This document shows, piece by piece, positions 47,580 to 60,487 of a stretch of DNA of 64,000 bases. The translations under genes and the position numbers were made by a program. The notes beneath the pieces were generated by a model. It saw only the letters and a list, made by a program, of their open reading frames with translations, ran no database searches and was not told the DNA's origin. The first letter of the stretch is position 1. Every line of letters begins with the position of its first letter. Origin of the DNA: Mobula hypostoma (taxonomy: Eukaryota). The stretch is from assembly GCF_963921235.1 (NCBI RefSeq), contig NC_086097.1:142168001-142232000 (forward strand), given 5' to 3'.

Positions 47580-49895
47580 ACAGATGGCAGGATTCTGAAA
47601 GAACATGTTTTCAAAAACACCCAGAAGATCAGGCAATATATGTGGAGAAGGGAAAGAAGCACAGGGAGAGAAACAGCCAAAGTTTCAAGTTAAGAGTTGA
47701 TGGTTTGGGCTGATACCCTTCATCAGGACTGGAAATGGGGAAGAAGTCAAAATAAAGTGGGGGGGGGTTGGAATAGAGTACAAGCTAGAAGATGAAAGGT
47801 GAAGCCATGTGGGGTCAGGTAGGTGGGAGCAGAGTGTGAGACTGAAGTGAGAAGCTGGGAGGCCTGAAGAAGTACGAATCCAATCGACGAGGAGAGTGGA
47901 CCATGGGAAAAAGGGAAGAGCACCAGAGGGAGGTGATAGGCAGAGAGGAGAAAAGAAGAGGTAAAAGAGGAGCTAGAATGGGTAATGAAAAAGGAGAGAA
48001 CAGGAGAATAGAGAAATTACCGCAAGGTGTTGCTCCTCCAATCTGTGTGGTCTTATCACAGCTGTGTAAGAGGCCATGGACTGACATGTCAGAATGGAAA
48101 TAGGAAGTAGAATTGAAATGGATGGCTACTGGGAGATCCCACTTTTTCTGGCAAATGGAGTGTAGATGCTTAGTGAAGCAGTCTCCCAATCTACGTCTGA
48201 TCTCACCAATATACAGGAGGCCACACCAGGAGCACCAGATACAGTAGATGACAGCAACAGACTCACAGATGAAATGTTGCCTCACCTGGAAGAACTGTCT
48301 GGGGCCCTGAATGTTAGTGAGGGTGGTGGTGTAGGGGCAGTTGTGGCACTTGTTCCATTGCAAGCGAAAGTACCAGGAGAGAGATCAGTGCAGAGGGACG
48401 AATGGACAACGGAGTCACGTAAGAAGCGATCCCTGCAGAAAGTGGGGTGGAAAGAAAAGATGTGCTTGGTGGTGGGATCCTGTTGGTGAGGAGAGATTAC
48501 AAAGAATAAGTGCTGGACGCGGAGGTTGCTTCTTGCACACATGCCGAGCTTGTTGACTTCATCAACTTTGCCTCCAACTTTCACCCTGCCTCAAATTTAC
48601 CTGATCCATTTCCGACACCTCCCTCCTCTTTCTCGATCTCTCTGTCTCTATCTCACGAGACAGTTTATCCACTGATATTTTTTATAAACCCACTGACTCT
48701 CACAGCTCCCTGGACTACACCTGTTCCCACCCTATCACTTGTAAAAATGCCATCCTCTTCTCTCAATTCCTCTGCCTCTACCACATCTGCTCTCAGCATG
48801 AAGTTTTTCCATTCCAGAACTAATGAGATGCCCTCCTTCTTCAAAGAAGGACTTTCCTTCCTCCACCATCAAAGCTGCCTTCGCCTGCACCTCTTCCACT
48901 TCACGCACATCTGCCCTCACCCCATCCACCTGCCAAGGATTGGGTACCTCTTGTCCTCAACTACCTGTGTCCAGCACACAGTTCTGCATAATTTCTGCCA
49001 TCGCCAATGGGATCCCACCACCAAGCACATCTTTCCCTCTCCCTGTTCCCCCCCCCACCCCCCACTTTCCACTTCCTATGCAACTTCCTTGTTCATTTAT
49101 CCCTCCCTGCTGATCTCCATCCTGGTACTTATCTTTGCAAGTGGAATGTGCCACATTTGCCCTTTCACCTCCACCCTCGCTAACATTCAGGGCCCCAAAC
49201 AGTCCTTCCAGGAGAGGCAACACTTTACCACTGAATCTGTTATTTACTGTATCCAGTGCTCCCGGTGTGGCCTCCCATATATTGATGAGACCCGAAGTAG
49301 ACTGAGAGACCACTTCGCCAAGCACCTGTGTTCCATCCGCCAGAAAAAGTGGGATCTCCTGGTGGCCACCCATTTTAATTCTATTTCCCATTCCAACATG
49401 CCAGTCCATGGCCTCCTCTACTGACACAATGAGGCCATGCTCAGGTTGGAGGAGCAGCACCTTATATTCCGTCTGGGTAGCCTCCAACCTGACGGGGTGA
49501 ACATCAATTTCTCATGCTTCTGGTAATTGCCCTCCCCCCTTCACCACTCCCATTTCCTTCTCTCACCTCATCTCCTTACCTACCCATCACCTCCCTCTGG
49601 AGCTCCTCCCCCTTCCCTTTCTTCCATGGCCTTCTGTCCTCCCCCATCAGATTCCTCCTTCTCCAGGCCTTTAATCTCTTTCACCAATCAACATCTTAGC
49701 TCTTTACTTCACCCCTTCCCCAGTTTCACCTATCATCCACTACCTTGTACTTCTTCCTCCCCTCCCCCCACTCCCTTCCTTTGACTTATCTCTTCTTTCC
49801 AGTCCTGATAAATGGTCTTGTCCCAAAACGTCGACTGTTTACTCTTTTCGACAGATGTTGCTTGCCCTGCTGAGTCTCTCCAGCACTTTGTGTGT
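47580..49895. mobile_element. Two decayed PLE 3' halves in inverted, tail-outward arrangement (minus about 47580-48490; plus about 48515-49895)
   Basis: Both arms carry GIY-YIG remnants (VIYCIWCSWCGLLYIGE; VIYCIQCSRCGLPYIDE) and terminal repeats with decayed hammerhead motifs (about 47700-47732 and 49800-49836). Confidence 0.85.
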
Positions 49896-49989
49896 TACTT
49901 CTAAATATATTTCTTTAAAATTACTCTCACTGTAATCTACATCATATAACTTCCCTTTAAGTAATGTACTTTTAAATCAACTTAATGAT

Positions 49990-52900
49990 CTACAGATTTC
50001 ACAATGTTCTGAAGGACTCGGCGGACCAAGCAGGAATGGCACCTTTGAGCAGACGAAGGCTCATTACCATGGCCAGAAACAAGGCAGGAAGGGGGAACTC
50101 CAGCCCAGGCTGAAGCACAGAGGGATGAAGACCTTTCTACCCAGCATCTTGTTAGCAATTGTGTAGTCGCTAGAGAACAAAATTTGGGGCCTGAGGGGAA
50201 GATTGCTGATTCGGAGAGAAATGAGGGATTGCTGTGTTCTATGCCTGAACAAGACGTGGCTATCTCTGGTACACCAGATATAGTTATCAAACTGAAAGGC
50301 TTCTTAATTTTCCATAAGGACCAAACTGCTGATTTGGGAAAAGGCAAAAGGTGGAGGCGTGTGTTTCATGATAAATTCTTTGTGGTGCTTCAGTGTGGAG
50401 GTTTTGTCAAACTTCTGTTCCCCTGACCTGGAACCCCTGACGATCAAATGCTGCCCATTCCTTTTACCAAGGAAGTTCTCCTCCATAATTCTAACCGTAG
50501 TTTACATACCATCAGCAGCCGGCTACATACAAGCACTTGAGATACTACATGATGACGTCACCAAACAAGAAACAATACATCCAGATGCACTTCAAATCAT
50601 AGTTGTAAACTTTGAGCAGGCTTTGACCAAGGCTTGAAGAAAACCCTGCCCAATTACCATTACCACATTGCCAGTAGCACCGGAGGTCCCAATACACTAG
50701 ACCACTGTTATACTAAGATAAGGAATGGCTATCATCTCATGCCCAGACCACATTTTGTTAATTGAATCTCTTGGCTGCCCTTCTACCTGCATACAGGCAG
50801 AGGCCAGAGGGCAAAACGCCAGAGATTAGGACAACATAGAGGAGGTTGCGGGAGGTAGAGGAGCGCTGCAGGATTGCTTCAAGTCATTGGACTAGGTCAC
50901 GTTCAAGGACTCATCTGTGGTTCTGAATGAATACAACATGGTTGTCACAACTTTATTAGAACAGTTATAGATGAGTGTGTCCCCACAAAATCATTCAGGG
51001 TCTTCCCCAATCAGAATCCCTGGATGAACCATGAGATCCACAATCCTCTGAGGACCAGATCAGAGGCATTCTAAATCTAGTGATCAAAAGAATAGCAAGA
51101 GGTCCAGTACGATCTTTGGAAAGTCATCTCACGGACGAAGTGGCAATTCTAGACTAAAGTTGAATCAACGAAGGATGCTTGATAGTTGTGGTAAGGCTTG
51201 AATACCACTATCTCTTATAAAGTTAAACCAAGCGACATAGGCAATAGCAGGGCTTCACTTCCAGAAGGGCTCAATGCCCTTTATACTCACTTGGAGGAAC
51301 CATCACAAACTCCTGCAGCCCCAGATGATCCTGTGATTTCAGTCTCTGAGGCCAAGGTGCAAACAGCTTTCAGGAGGATGAACTCACAATAATCATCTGG
51401 CCAAGTACTAAAGGCCTGTGCAGATCAACTGTCAGAAGTGCTCACTGAGATACTTAACCCCTTGCTTCAACATTTTGAGGTACCCACTTGCTTCAAGCAG
51501 GCTTCAATTATACAAGTGCCTAAGAAGAATGTGGTGACCTGCCTTAATAACTATCGTCCAGAAGCATTTACATCCACAGTGATGAAGTGTTTTTCAGAGA
51601 TAGGCAATGAAACATATCAGCTCCTGTCGAGAGGCAACTTGGATTCACTCCAATTTGCCTACTGCTGTCCAGGTATCCCATGGTTGAGTCAACATGGCTC
51701 TTCACTCAACCATGGAACACCTGGACAGCAATATGCAAACATCAGGATGCTTATTATCGACTGCACCTCAACATCAATAAGCTCCAGAATCTTGGCCTCA
51801 ATACCCCTTCGTGCAATTGGATCCTCAACTTCTTCTCTTGCAGACTCCAGTCAGTTCAGATTGGCAACAACATCTCCTCCACAATCACCATCAGCACACG
51901 TACACCACAAGGCTGTGTGCTTAGCCCCCTGCTGTACTCGCTCTACACTAATGACTGTATGGCTAAGCAAAGGTCCAATGCCATATTCAAGTTTGCTGAC
52001 AATACCACTGTCGTAGGCTGAGTCAGGTGGCGACGAATCAGCATATAGGAGAAAAACTGGTGCACAACAACAACCTCTTACTCTATGCCAGCAAGATCAA
52101 GGAGCTGATTATAGATTTCAGGAGAAGGAAACCATGTCCATGAACCAGTCCTCATCTGAGAATCAGAGGTGGAAAGCGTCACCAACTTTAAGGTCCTGTG
52201 CAGTCAGCCCTCCTTATCCGTGGTGGATTGGTTCCAGGACCCCCCGCGGATACCAAAAAACACTGACGCTCAAGTCCCTTATTTAACCTGTCCAGTGCAG
52301 TGGTGTTCAGGACCCAACTGAACCCCGGACCTTATTTAACCTGTCTCAGTGCGGTGGACTTTAGGACCCGGTGCACCTCTGAATCCGTAGTGTTTCTGTT
52401 CATGGAAATAATCACAATTGAAAATAAAGTGGAAGTAATAAAGCGATCGGAAAGAGGTGAAACTCCATCAGTCACTGGAAAAGCGTTAGGCTACCGTCAG
52501 TCAACAATCAGAACAACTTTAATGGAGCAGGTGAAAGGCCCTGCCCCGAAGAAAGCTACAATTATTACTAAGCAACGCAGTGGTTTAATTATTGAAATAC
52601 ATATGTTTCTTAAGTGTTTTATATGCATAGAAAAGTAAAATATATACTATGACAAATGTTTGACTAACTGACGCTAAATAATACCGATGTACCTGTTCCG
52701 ACTTCAAATCTGACTTAAAGACTGACTCAGGAATGGAACTCGTTCATGACCTGGGGACTGCCTGTACTTTTAAATCATCTCTAGATTACTGATAATACCT
52801 AATACAATGTAAATGCTAAGTAAATAGTTGTTATACTGTTATTATTTAGGGAATAATGACAAGAAAAAAGTCTGTACATGCTCAAACAACGAATGCTGGA

Positions 52901-53614
52901 GAGAGAACTTCTGGGTTTTCCCAATCCGCGGTCAGTTGAATCTGCGCATGCGGAACCCACGGATAAGGAGGGCCGACTATATGTTATTATTTCAGAGGAC
53001 CTGTCCTGGGCCCAGTACATAAGTGCAATTAGGAAGAAAGCACAGCAGCAGCTCTGCTTCCTTAGAAGCTTAAAAAGATCTGGCATGATATCTAAAACTT
53101 TGACCAACTTCTATAGATGTGTAGTGGAGAGTATATTGACTGGTTGTATCACAGCCTGGTATGGAAACACCGTTGCCCTTGAACAGAAAATCTTACAAAA
53201 AGCAGAGGGTGCAGCCCAGTCCATCATGGATAAAGTCCTCCCCACCATTGAGCACATCCACACAGAGCAGAGTCGCAGGAAAGCAGCATCCATCTTGAGA
53301 GATTGCCAGAACCCTGGCCATGCTCTCTCTTCATTGCTGCCATCAGGAAGGTGGTACAGGAGCCTTAGGACTCACACCACCAGGTTCAGTAACAGTTATT
53401 ATTACCCCTCACCATCAGGCTTATTTATTATTATTCTTTATTTCTTTTTGTATATGCACAGTTTGTAGCCTGTTGCACAGTGGTTGAATGCCCAAGTTCG
53501 TGTGGTCTGTCATTGATTCAGTTATGGTTATTATTCTATGGAATTATTCAATATGCCCACAAGAAAATGAATCTTAGGGTTGTTTATGGTGACATAAATT
53601 TACTTTGAACTTTG
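49990..53614 (+). mobile_element. Near full-length decayed Rex1/Babar LINE, interrupted by a Tigger MITE
   Basis: Endonuclease remnants (LPSILLA, CSPDLE..IKCCPFLLPRKFSSIILTVVYIP), RT remnants ([38 protein letters not shown]), LLPSGRWYRS, tail TTTACTTTGAACTTTG. Confidence 0.88.
52201..52979 (+). mobile_element. Tigger/MER2-like MITE (composite)
   Basis: TIR CAGTCAGCCCTCCTTATCCGTGG / CCACGGATAAGGAGGGCCGACT, TG/TA flanks, psq-HTH remnant ITIENKVEVIKRSERGE. Confidence 0.85.
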
Positions 53615-53865
53615 GAGTAGATGCAAACACATGTATGGATGCTGCGAACAATTTATTATACTAGAAAACAAAATCAAACTCTATGTTGCGCCAAGAAAAA
53701 GCTCCACTTAAAAAGCAGAGATATTTAATGAATACATTATGAAGGATGTTGATTAATATACTTTGGGGTTCAAATCTGTGCCGCATACCAAATGGTCTCG
53801 GACCTCAAACGTTGACAGATTTCTATTTCCACAGATGCTGCTTGACTGGCTGAGTTCTTCTTACA

Positions 53866-53953
53866 ACATACATCAAAGTTGCTGGTTTCACCAGCAACTT
53901 TGATGCATGTTGCTTGAATTTCCAGCATCTGCAGAATTCCTGTTGTTTACATT
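53866..53953. mobile_element. 88-bp fold-back PLE-tail insertion
   Basis: Hairpin CAACATACATCAAAGTTGCTGG-tttca-CCAGCAACTTTGATGCATGTTG. Flanking direct repeat TGAGTTCTTCTTACA at 53851-53865/53954-53968. Confidence 0.8.
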
Positions 53954-54609
53954 TGAGTTCTTCTTACATTGGTTTTTGTCCCACTTTACTTCTGCCTTGC
54001 CATTCCCAACACCATCTGCCCCTCAGTTGGGCTGCTAATAGCCCCTGTGAATCGCCATCTTTTCAAAGGAGGCATGCAACATAATCTGCAATGAGTTGCA
54101 GATTTACCAAACAAACACTACTTCAGAACTACTCCAGATTTTCTCCAGTATCATCAGAACTATTTTTACTAAGCTTAAACCTAAACCTTAACTGGCCATC
54201 TTTATTCTGAAAAATCACCCCTATGACAAAGGACAAATTCACTGGCCTATAAATGAACCTGCATTCATTTGCTTCAGAAGATCAATGAGAAACCAGGCAA
54301 CAGTGTCACAACTATAATTTCTCTTATATAAAACAATTGAATCAAACAAAACATATTGTAGGCATCTCAGAAATATACACGAGAAACATCATGAAATCCC
54401 TGCAACAAAATAACACTGCAGTAAAAATTGTAAGCTATTGTCTGTGTTTTGCAACAGAAGGGTGAAGATGACCTACTTTTTGCATAAAAATAGGGTTTGA
54501 CAGCTTGCAAATGAAAAGTCTTTATTCCCATTTGTGCACATTATCATCCAAAGCATAGCAACAGCAAATAGTTTTTTTGATAAGTAATATATGATCCCCT
54601 CTGTTCTCT

Positions 54610-54968
54610 CAGCTGCATGGAAACATCCCACAGGACTAAGCCAATATCAAATCCAATTGACTGCTTCAACCTGAATGCCAAAAGACTTGATCTTCTGGAC
54701 CAGCCTCCCATGCAGGACTTTATCAAAGACCTTTCTAAAGTCCATGTGGATAACGTCCATTACTTCAACATTTTTGGTAACCTCCTTGAAAAAGAGGTTT
54801 TTCAAGATTGGTTACACATGACCTGTCATGCACAAAACCACATTGACTATCCTTTATCAGGCCCTGTTTATCCAAATAAATAACTAAACAAACTTTGTTG
54901 TTTGCCCTATCCCTTAGAATGCCTTCCAATAATTTACCCACTACTGACATCAGACTCATCGTCCTATA
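54610..54968 (-). mobile_element. CR1 RT fragment
   Basis: YRTMSLMSVVGKLLEGILRD..LIKDSQCGFVHDRSCVTNL, followed by DVIHMDFRKVFDKV. Confidence 0.8.
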
Positions 54969-54969
54969 A

Positions 54970-55170
54970 GACAAGAAAATCTGCAGATGCTGAAGATCCA
55001 AGCAACACACACAAAATGCTGGAGGAACAGTAAGCCAAGTTTCTCGTATCTGTGCTACTACTACACTGTGAAGTCTCTTCCAGGGATGTCTACCCTGAAG
55101 AAGTTCAAATCTTCCCTTCAATGGGAGTTCAGTGAAACCCTCTTTCACTGTGATCTCTGCTGCCCTCTAA
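54970..55170. mobile_element. PLE-derived fragment (inverted tail piece + probable ORF-start piece)
   Basis: The minus-strand terminal repeat (54970-55028) is followed by a segment homologous to 2775-2885. Confidence 0.6.
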
Positions 55171-55864
55171 CTCTTTGACCATGTGCTCAAAAAAAAAACC
55201 CACTACAACAGCAGCGACAGGACAGGGCAGCTCCAACTCAGAACGGATTTCAGCACACTCACTGGGCCTCTCCTACCCTGCCTCAGCGTCTCCTCCTCTG
55301 GATAGTTGCAAACGGCGACCTTGCAGCTTTAGGCCTTGCCACAACCAAGGCAATGCAGCTCCCCCACCATCAAACTCTCCAATGAACCAATCTTGCAGTG
55401 TTCTATGTTACAGAAGTCCAACAGGGTCTTTCTTGCAATCACAATAAAAAGGTCCAAGGTAATCACTTGCACTTTTTATTTGAACTGCACACCATCCAAA
55501 GGTTCACAAGTCCAGGTGACAATGCAACGACAGTACACTAGGTCTGGCTCCATCACTATCAAGCAACTCACTGAAAGGCTAGTCCTGTAGTACTTGATTC
55601 AAAGACAGCAAGTCGTGGCCAGTATCCAGGTCTGCTTTGGCAAGTAACATTTGTGTCAAATAAGTGCTACACAATGATGATATCTAACAAGAAAAAATCC
55701 AGCTATCACCCGCCGGCATTCTGTGTCAATACTTTCAATGAATTCCTCTACTATCTATTGACCAGTAACTGATTTACAGATGTATTTGAGTATTTTCTGC
55801 CAAATCAACAGTACATATTGATCAGATTTTTCAGACTGCTCTTGCGGCCACATTATATATAGTA

Positions 55865-56570
55865 CAGGTTAAATACACTTCATCTGAAATTCCAAAATCT
55901 CCAAAATCCAAAATTTTTTTTGAAGATTGACATGACATCACAAATAGAAAATTCGACAGTGCACATCTCTGCGCACCACAGACATTTGAGAAATGACCTC
56001 ATTTACACAATGAGAAGTTAATGAAAATCAGAAAAACACCATATAAAGCAAAAAATGAAGATCGATCATGTATTGAAAGAGTGGATACATCACCAGAGTG
56101 AACATATGATGCTTAACAGTATGCTGACCATGAAACAAGCAAAGATCTATCATGATGAACTGAAAATTAAAAATTTCATGCACAAAATTATTAAAAATAT
56201 TATATAAAACTACCCCCCCCCCATAGTTGCTGTGGAATAGACAGCTGTTTTAAATTGATGAGGGATATGAAGCCAATAATAGAACCCATTAATAGACGAG
56301 GTTGGGGATGGTCATTCAACTCCGACAGTCTGTGGAGGACGCAGCTCCGTCACGTCAGACAGTGCTCCAACTGCGTACTGTTCACTCTGTGAGCTTCACA
56401 GCTGCTGAACATAAACTGCACATGTAACGTAAATGGATTTCGTGGTTAGTCTTGGGTCCCCTCACAGAGTCACCTCATTATATAGATGCAAATACTCCAA
56501 AATCTGGAAAAACATCTAAAATCAGAGATACTCCAGCCCCGAGCATTTCGGACAAGGAATGCTCAATCTG
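55865..56570 (+). mobile_element. Tigger4/MER46-like MITE
   Basis: TA-CAGGTTAAATACACTTCATCTGAAAT at the left end; GCATTTCGGACAAGGAATGCTCAATCTG at the right end. Transposase remnant MLTMKQAKIYHDELKI. Confidence 0.75.
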
Positions 56571-57019
56571 CATATCAATTGTACTGACGATCTGGCGCAT
56601 AACTAATGCTAGCTGCAAAGCATCTATTCAGAGTTAAGAAAATTAAACTGAACATTGAGGAAAACACTTGCATTTATTGCTGTGTACCTCAAATTTTGAA
56701 GAATCGCACACAACCTAGGAATCTATGAACACAGTTGGATCAAAAAAAAATCCTTCAGTCTATTCAAATACATCCTGGCTGTATCTAAACTATCTACTGA
56801 CTTGATACATTCTTGTTCTTAATACATTTATTAACTGTGCAGTACGCTTCATGGTTTGCTTTACTCATCTCCAATGGAGAGGATCTCTCTTAAATCTTCT
56901 CAAAATTTTAGCTATTCATCACTTAAATGATCTTGATATATCCTTTGCCTTCCTTCAAATTGGATGATTTCACACATCCCTGCACTGAAATCTATTTGCT
57001 CACTTTGTTTACTCAATCT

Positions 57020-58665
57020 AGCAAGGCATAATGTGAAGGAATTGCACTATTAATCAGGGAGAAAGTCACAGGTTCACATACATAGAGAACATCTTAAGAC
57101 CAGCTCGTCCAGTAAGGCTATATAGATATAATTCAGGAATAAGAGTGGAGCAATCACTATGATGGAATTACAGCACAAGACCTCTCAACAGTCAGTGGGA
57201 CTTAGAGGAACAGATATTCAGGCATATCAAATATCAAAAATGTAAAAGCAAAGCAACAGGGTAATTGTAGTGGGTGATGTAACTTTACATGATAGACTGG
57301 GACTTCTTTAGTGGCAAGGGCTAATACAGGAAGTATTTGTTAGGTGTATCCAGGGAAGTTTCTTGAAACAATACAAATGTAGTTCAACTAGGAAAGAGCC
57401 ATATACCTAATACTGGGAAATGAGCCAGGCCAGATAATCAAAGTTTCAGTGGAGGTGCATCTTGGGGGCAGTAATCACAATTCCATCAGTTTTAAGTTAG
57501 TTATGGATAGCGAGTTATGAAAAGGATATGGCTAATCTTTGGGTGAAAATGCTATACCGAGGTAAGGTTAATTACAGCAATATCAGGCAGCAATTGGGAA
57601 GAACAGATTAGAAGAGCTGCTTTAGGTTAAATCTATATATGACTTATGGAAGAACTTCAAAGGCCAGTTGATTAGAGTTCAGAAACATTACATTTCTTGT
57701 GAGGATGAAAGTAAGGACAACAAGGTTCAGGAACCTTGGTTGACAAGGGACAATGTAAGTTCAGTCAAAACAATAAATAAACCTGCATATGTAAGATTTA
57801 AGATGCTGAAATAGGTCAAAGTATATCCAGAGAGCAGAAAAGAACCCAAATAAGGAAATAAAAGAACTACAAAGGAACAATTAAATGTCCTTGGCAAGAA
57901 AGATTAAAGAGAATCTCGAGTTGTAATACAGGCAATTCAGTAAGAATGTAGGTAAGGGTAGGTCAAATCAAAGACAAAGAAGGGAATCTGTGCCTCGACA
58001 CCAGAGGGTGAGGCTCTAAATGAGGACTTTGCATGTTTCACAAAGAAGAAGGAATGAGATAATTCAGGATCTGAGATGGGTACATTGATAGCTTAGGTCA
58101 TGTTTATATTGAGGTGGTATTGGGTCTCTAAAAAAAATACTTAGGTGGACAAGTCACCACAGCCTGATGGAATCTATTCCAGGAAACTGAAGGACATGAG
58201 GGAGGCAAATGTTTGCCCCTTAAGGAGATTGTTGTATCTTCTTTAGCAGCAGACTGGGTGCTAGAAAAGTAGAGAATAGCCAATATTGTTCTTTTGTTTA
58301 AGGTGGGGTAGGGGTAACAAGTACATACCAAAAAGTTATAGGCTAATAATGCATACATTGGTGGTGGAAAAGCATGAACTTATTAGGGAAAGTCGGCATG
58401 GGAGTGGTCTTGATTGATGTTTTTTTGAGAAAGTGACGAAGATGACTGATGCAGTAAGGCAATGGATGGTGTCTATATGGACTTTAGCAAAGCATTTAAC
58501 AAGGGCTCTCATGGTAGGATGGTCCAGAAGATTAAGTCGCATGGATTCAGAGAGACAAAATAGAAGATAGAGGATAGTGAAGGAGGTACGTTGCCCTGAC
58601 TAGATGCCTGTGATCAGTGGTGTTCTGAAAGGATCAATGTTGGGACCTCTGATGTTTGTGAGATA
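57020..58665 (+). mobile_element. Heavily decayed CR1 ORF2 (endonuclease-RT)
   Basis: Remnants VIVVGDVTL, EVHLGGSNHNSISF, DKSPQPDGIYSRKL, IANIVLLFK, VYMDFSKAFNK, SGVLKGSMLGPLMF. Confidence 0.8.
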
Positions 58666-58669
58666 GATA

Positions 58670-58830
58670 GACGATGGATTCCAGTTAATTGGGACACATT
58701 GGAACAAGTACATTTTGGCCCAATTAAGTGGCTGCCCAATTGGTTGAAGTTTGATGGATATATTTTAAAGGGTAGAAAAATGTTTCACTGCATAACAAAC
58801 TATGTATTCAAGTGAAATACAGAAGCAATT
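58670..58830 (+). mobile_element. Tc1/mariner (Tigger-like) MITE end fragment
   Basis: GGATTCCAGTTAATTGGGACACATTGG..GGCCCAATTAAG..CCCAATT resembles a TIR/subterminal region. The second end was not found. Confidence 0.45.
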
Positions 58831-59189
58831 AGAACACTACCAACACCACTGCTGGTTGTCCATCGTATCCGACATTGACAAGAAATCTGTGCGGGAGAGT
58901 TTTAAAGTGGGAAAAGCCATTCCTTTGGGGTAGTTCCACTCTCTTGACCTTGGAAGTCCGGGTCCAGTGGGACAAGTGAACATCACAACTGAGGTCTTCC
59001 CTGGTTGCAGTGGATGACCATTACTTCTTCCGTGCCTCATCACATGCTTTGCTCTCCACATAGCATTGTTGAACTACCTTCCTGGCTATTGGATCTCACT
59101 GTAGATCTCTATCCACCCAGTCTGCTGGAACTGACTTTGCATGCCAGGACAGGTGTGTCCCCATCTCACCACGGTAAGACAGCCACTGG

Positions 59190-59330
59190 CTATTGGTCTT
59201 CTGTTGATTCTATTATGGTAATTATTCTATTATGGATTTATTAAGTATGCACACTAGAACATATATCTCAGAGGTATATATGGTGACATACATGTACTTT
59301 GATAATAAATTTAATTAGAACTTTTAACTT
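59190..59330 (+). mobile_element. Rex1/Babar 3' tail fragment
   Basis: Matches 12445-12560 and 53500-53610 (ATTATTCTATTATGG..GGTGACATA..TGATAATAAATTTA). Confidence 0.75.
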
Positions 59331-60238
59331 AATCTATTGAAAGTTAATGTCAATATAAGAAAGTAGTCTAACTTACACAAAGAGGACTGCCAATCATATT
59401 ATTTCCTGATGTACCCTCTCCCCACACTGGGAAACAGTTCATAGTATATTTTTCAGGGATGACAATCATTTTTAATGACAAGCTTCTGAAACTATTCCTG
59501 TCATGACCATCCCAACACAGATCCCAACACCAAATGAAATCTATTCATTGGACTTGTTTGCATTTGTCAACATGTTGTTTTGCTTAACTGAACTGAATGG
59601 TTGCAAGTATCTAACCATCTCATCTGAAAAATTAGTACATGCAGAAATCTGAATACATTGTTAATTAAACACCCAGTTCCTAAATTCAAGACTTTACCAG
59701 CACAGCATATATGCTATGGAGATGTAGGTCACAATATTAACACTAAATTTTCTACTGGAATTTACTGATCAGATGTGTCTGGTGCTTAAAGTAAATTAAT
59801 ACATATACTAACTTTAACTGCAGGGATGCATTTTTACCCTTTAGCAAAGTAACCCCAGCAGTAGGAGGGAAACAGACAACATGGTCATCTAACCATTTAA
59901 TTAAAAGCCCAATGCTAGTTTCAAAGAAAACAGTGTAATTCAAAACTTTTTAAGACAGCAAGGTGCATTAATTTAAAAGTGGTCTTGACCTACTTTTGCA
60001 AACTAGAACAGGAATGAAACTGCAATAATAAGTCAATGTCACTCTTCCCAAACTTTAATTCTCTTGAGCTTTTCATTCATCCAAGCCATGTAAAAAAAAT
60101 TTTTCCCCAAAAGGATGCGCAATACTGCAGAAGACTGCTCTTTAATTCAAAAGTGCTCAATATTTGTAGTTATGTCCTGCAGTTAGTAATAACATCCTAT
60201 ATTTTGCCTGAACAAAAAAAGCTATTCAGTTATTGCCT

Positions 60239-60487
60239 CACAAACAAGAGAAAGTCTGCAGATGCTGGAAATCAAAGCAACACACACAAAATGCTGGAGG
60301 AACTCAGCAGGCCAGGCAGCACTGGTGGAAAAAAGTACAGTCGATGTCTCAGGCCGGGACCCTTCAGTAGAACTCATATAACCAAAAGTTCTGCCGAAGG
60401 GTCTTGGCCTGAAACGTTGCCTATATTTCTTTCCATAGATACTGCCTGGCCTGTTGAGTTCCTCCAGCATTTTGTGTGTGCTGCTTC
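60239..60487. mobile_element. Inverted pair of PLE terminal repeats (tails outward)
   Basis: Minus arm 60239-60374 and plus arm 60387-60487, each with a mutated hammerhead motif. Confidence 0.82.

Noticed and set aside
48510..49424. 304-aa ORF
   Set aside because: It drifts between frames of a decayed PLE and is not an intact protein.
55075..55150. CTGAAGA...GAAA as a possible second hammerhead
   Set aside because: No convincing helices I-III; better explained as the probable PLE ORF start.
58840..59185. Probable SINE or RTE-related repeat fragment
   Set aside because: Family cannot be supported from the sequence alone.
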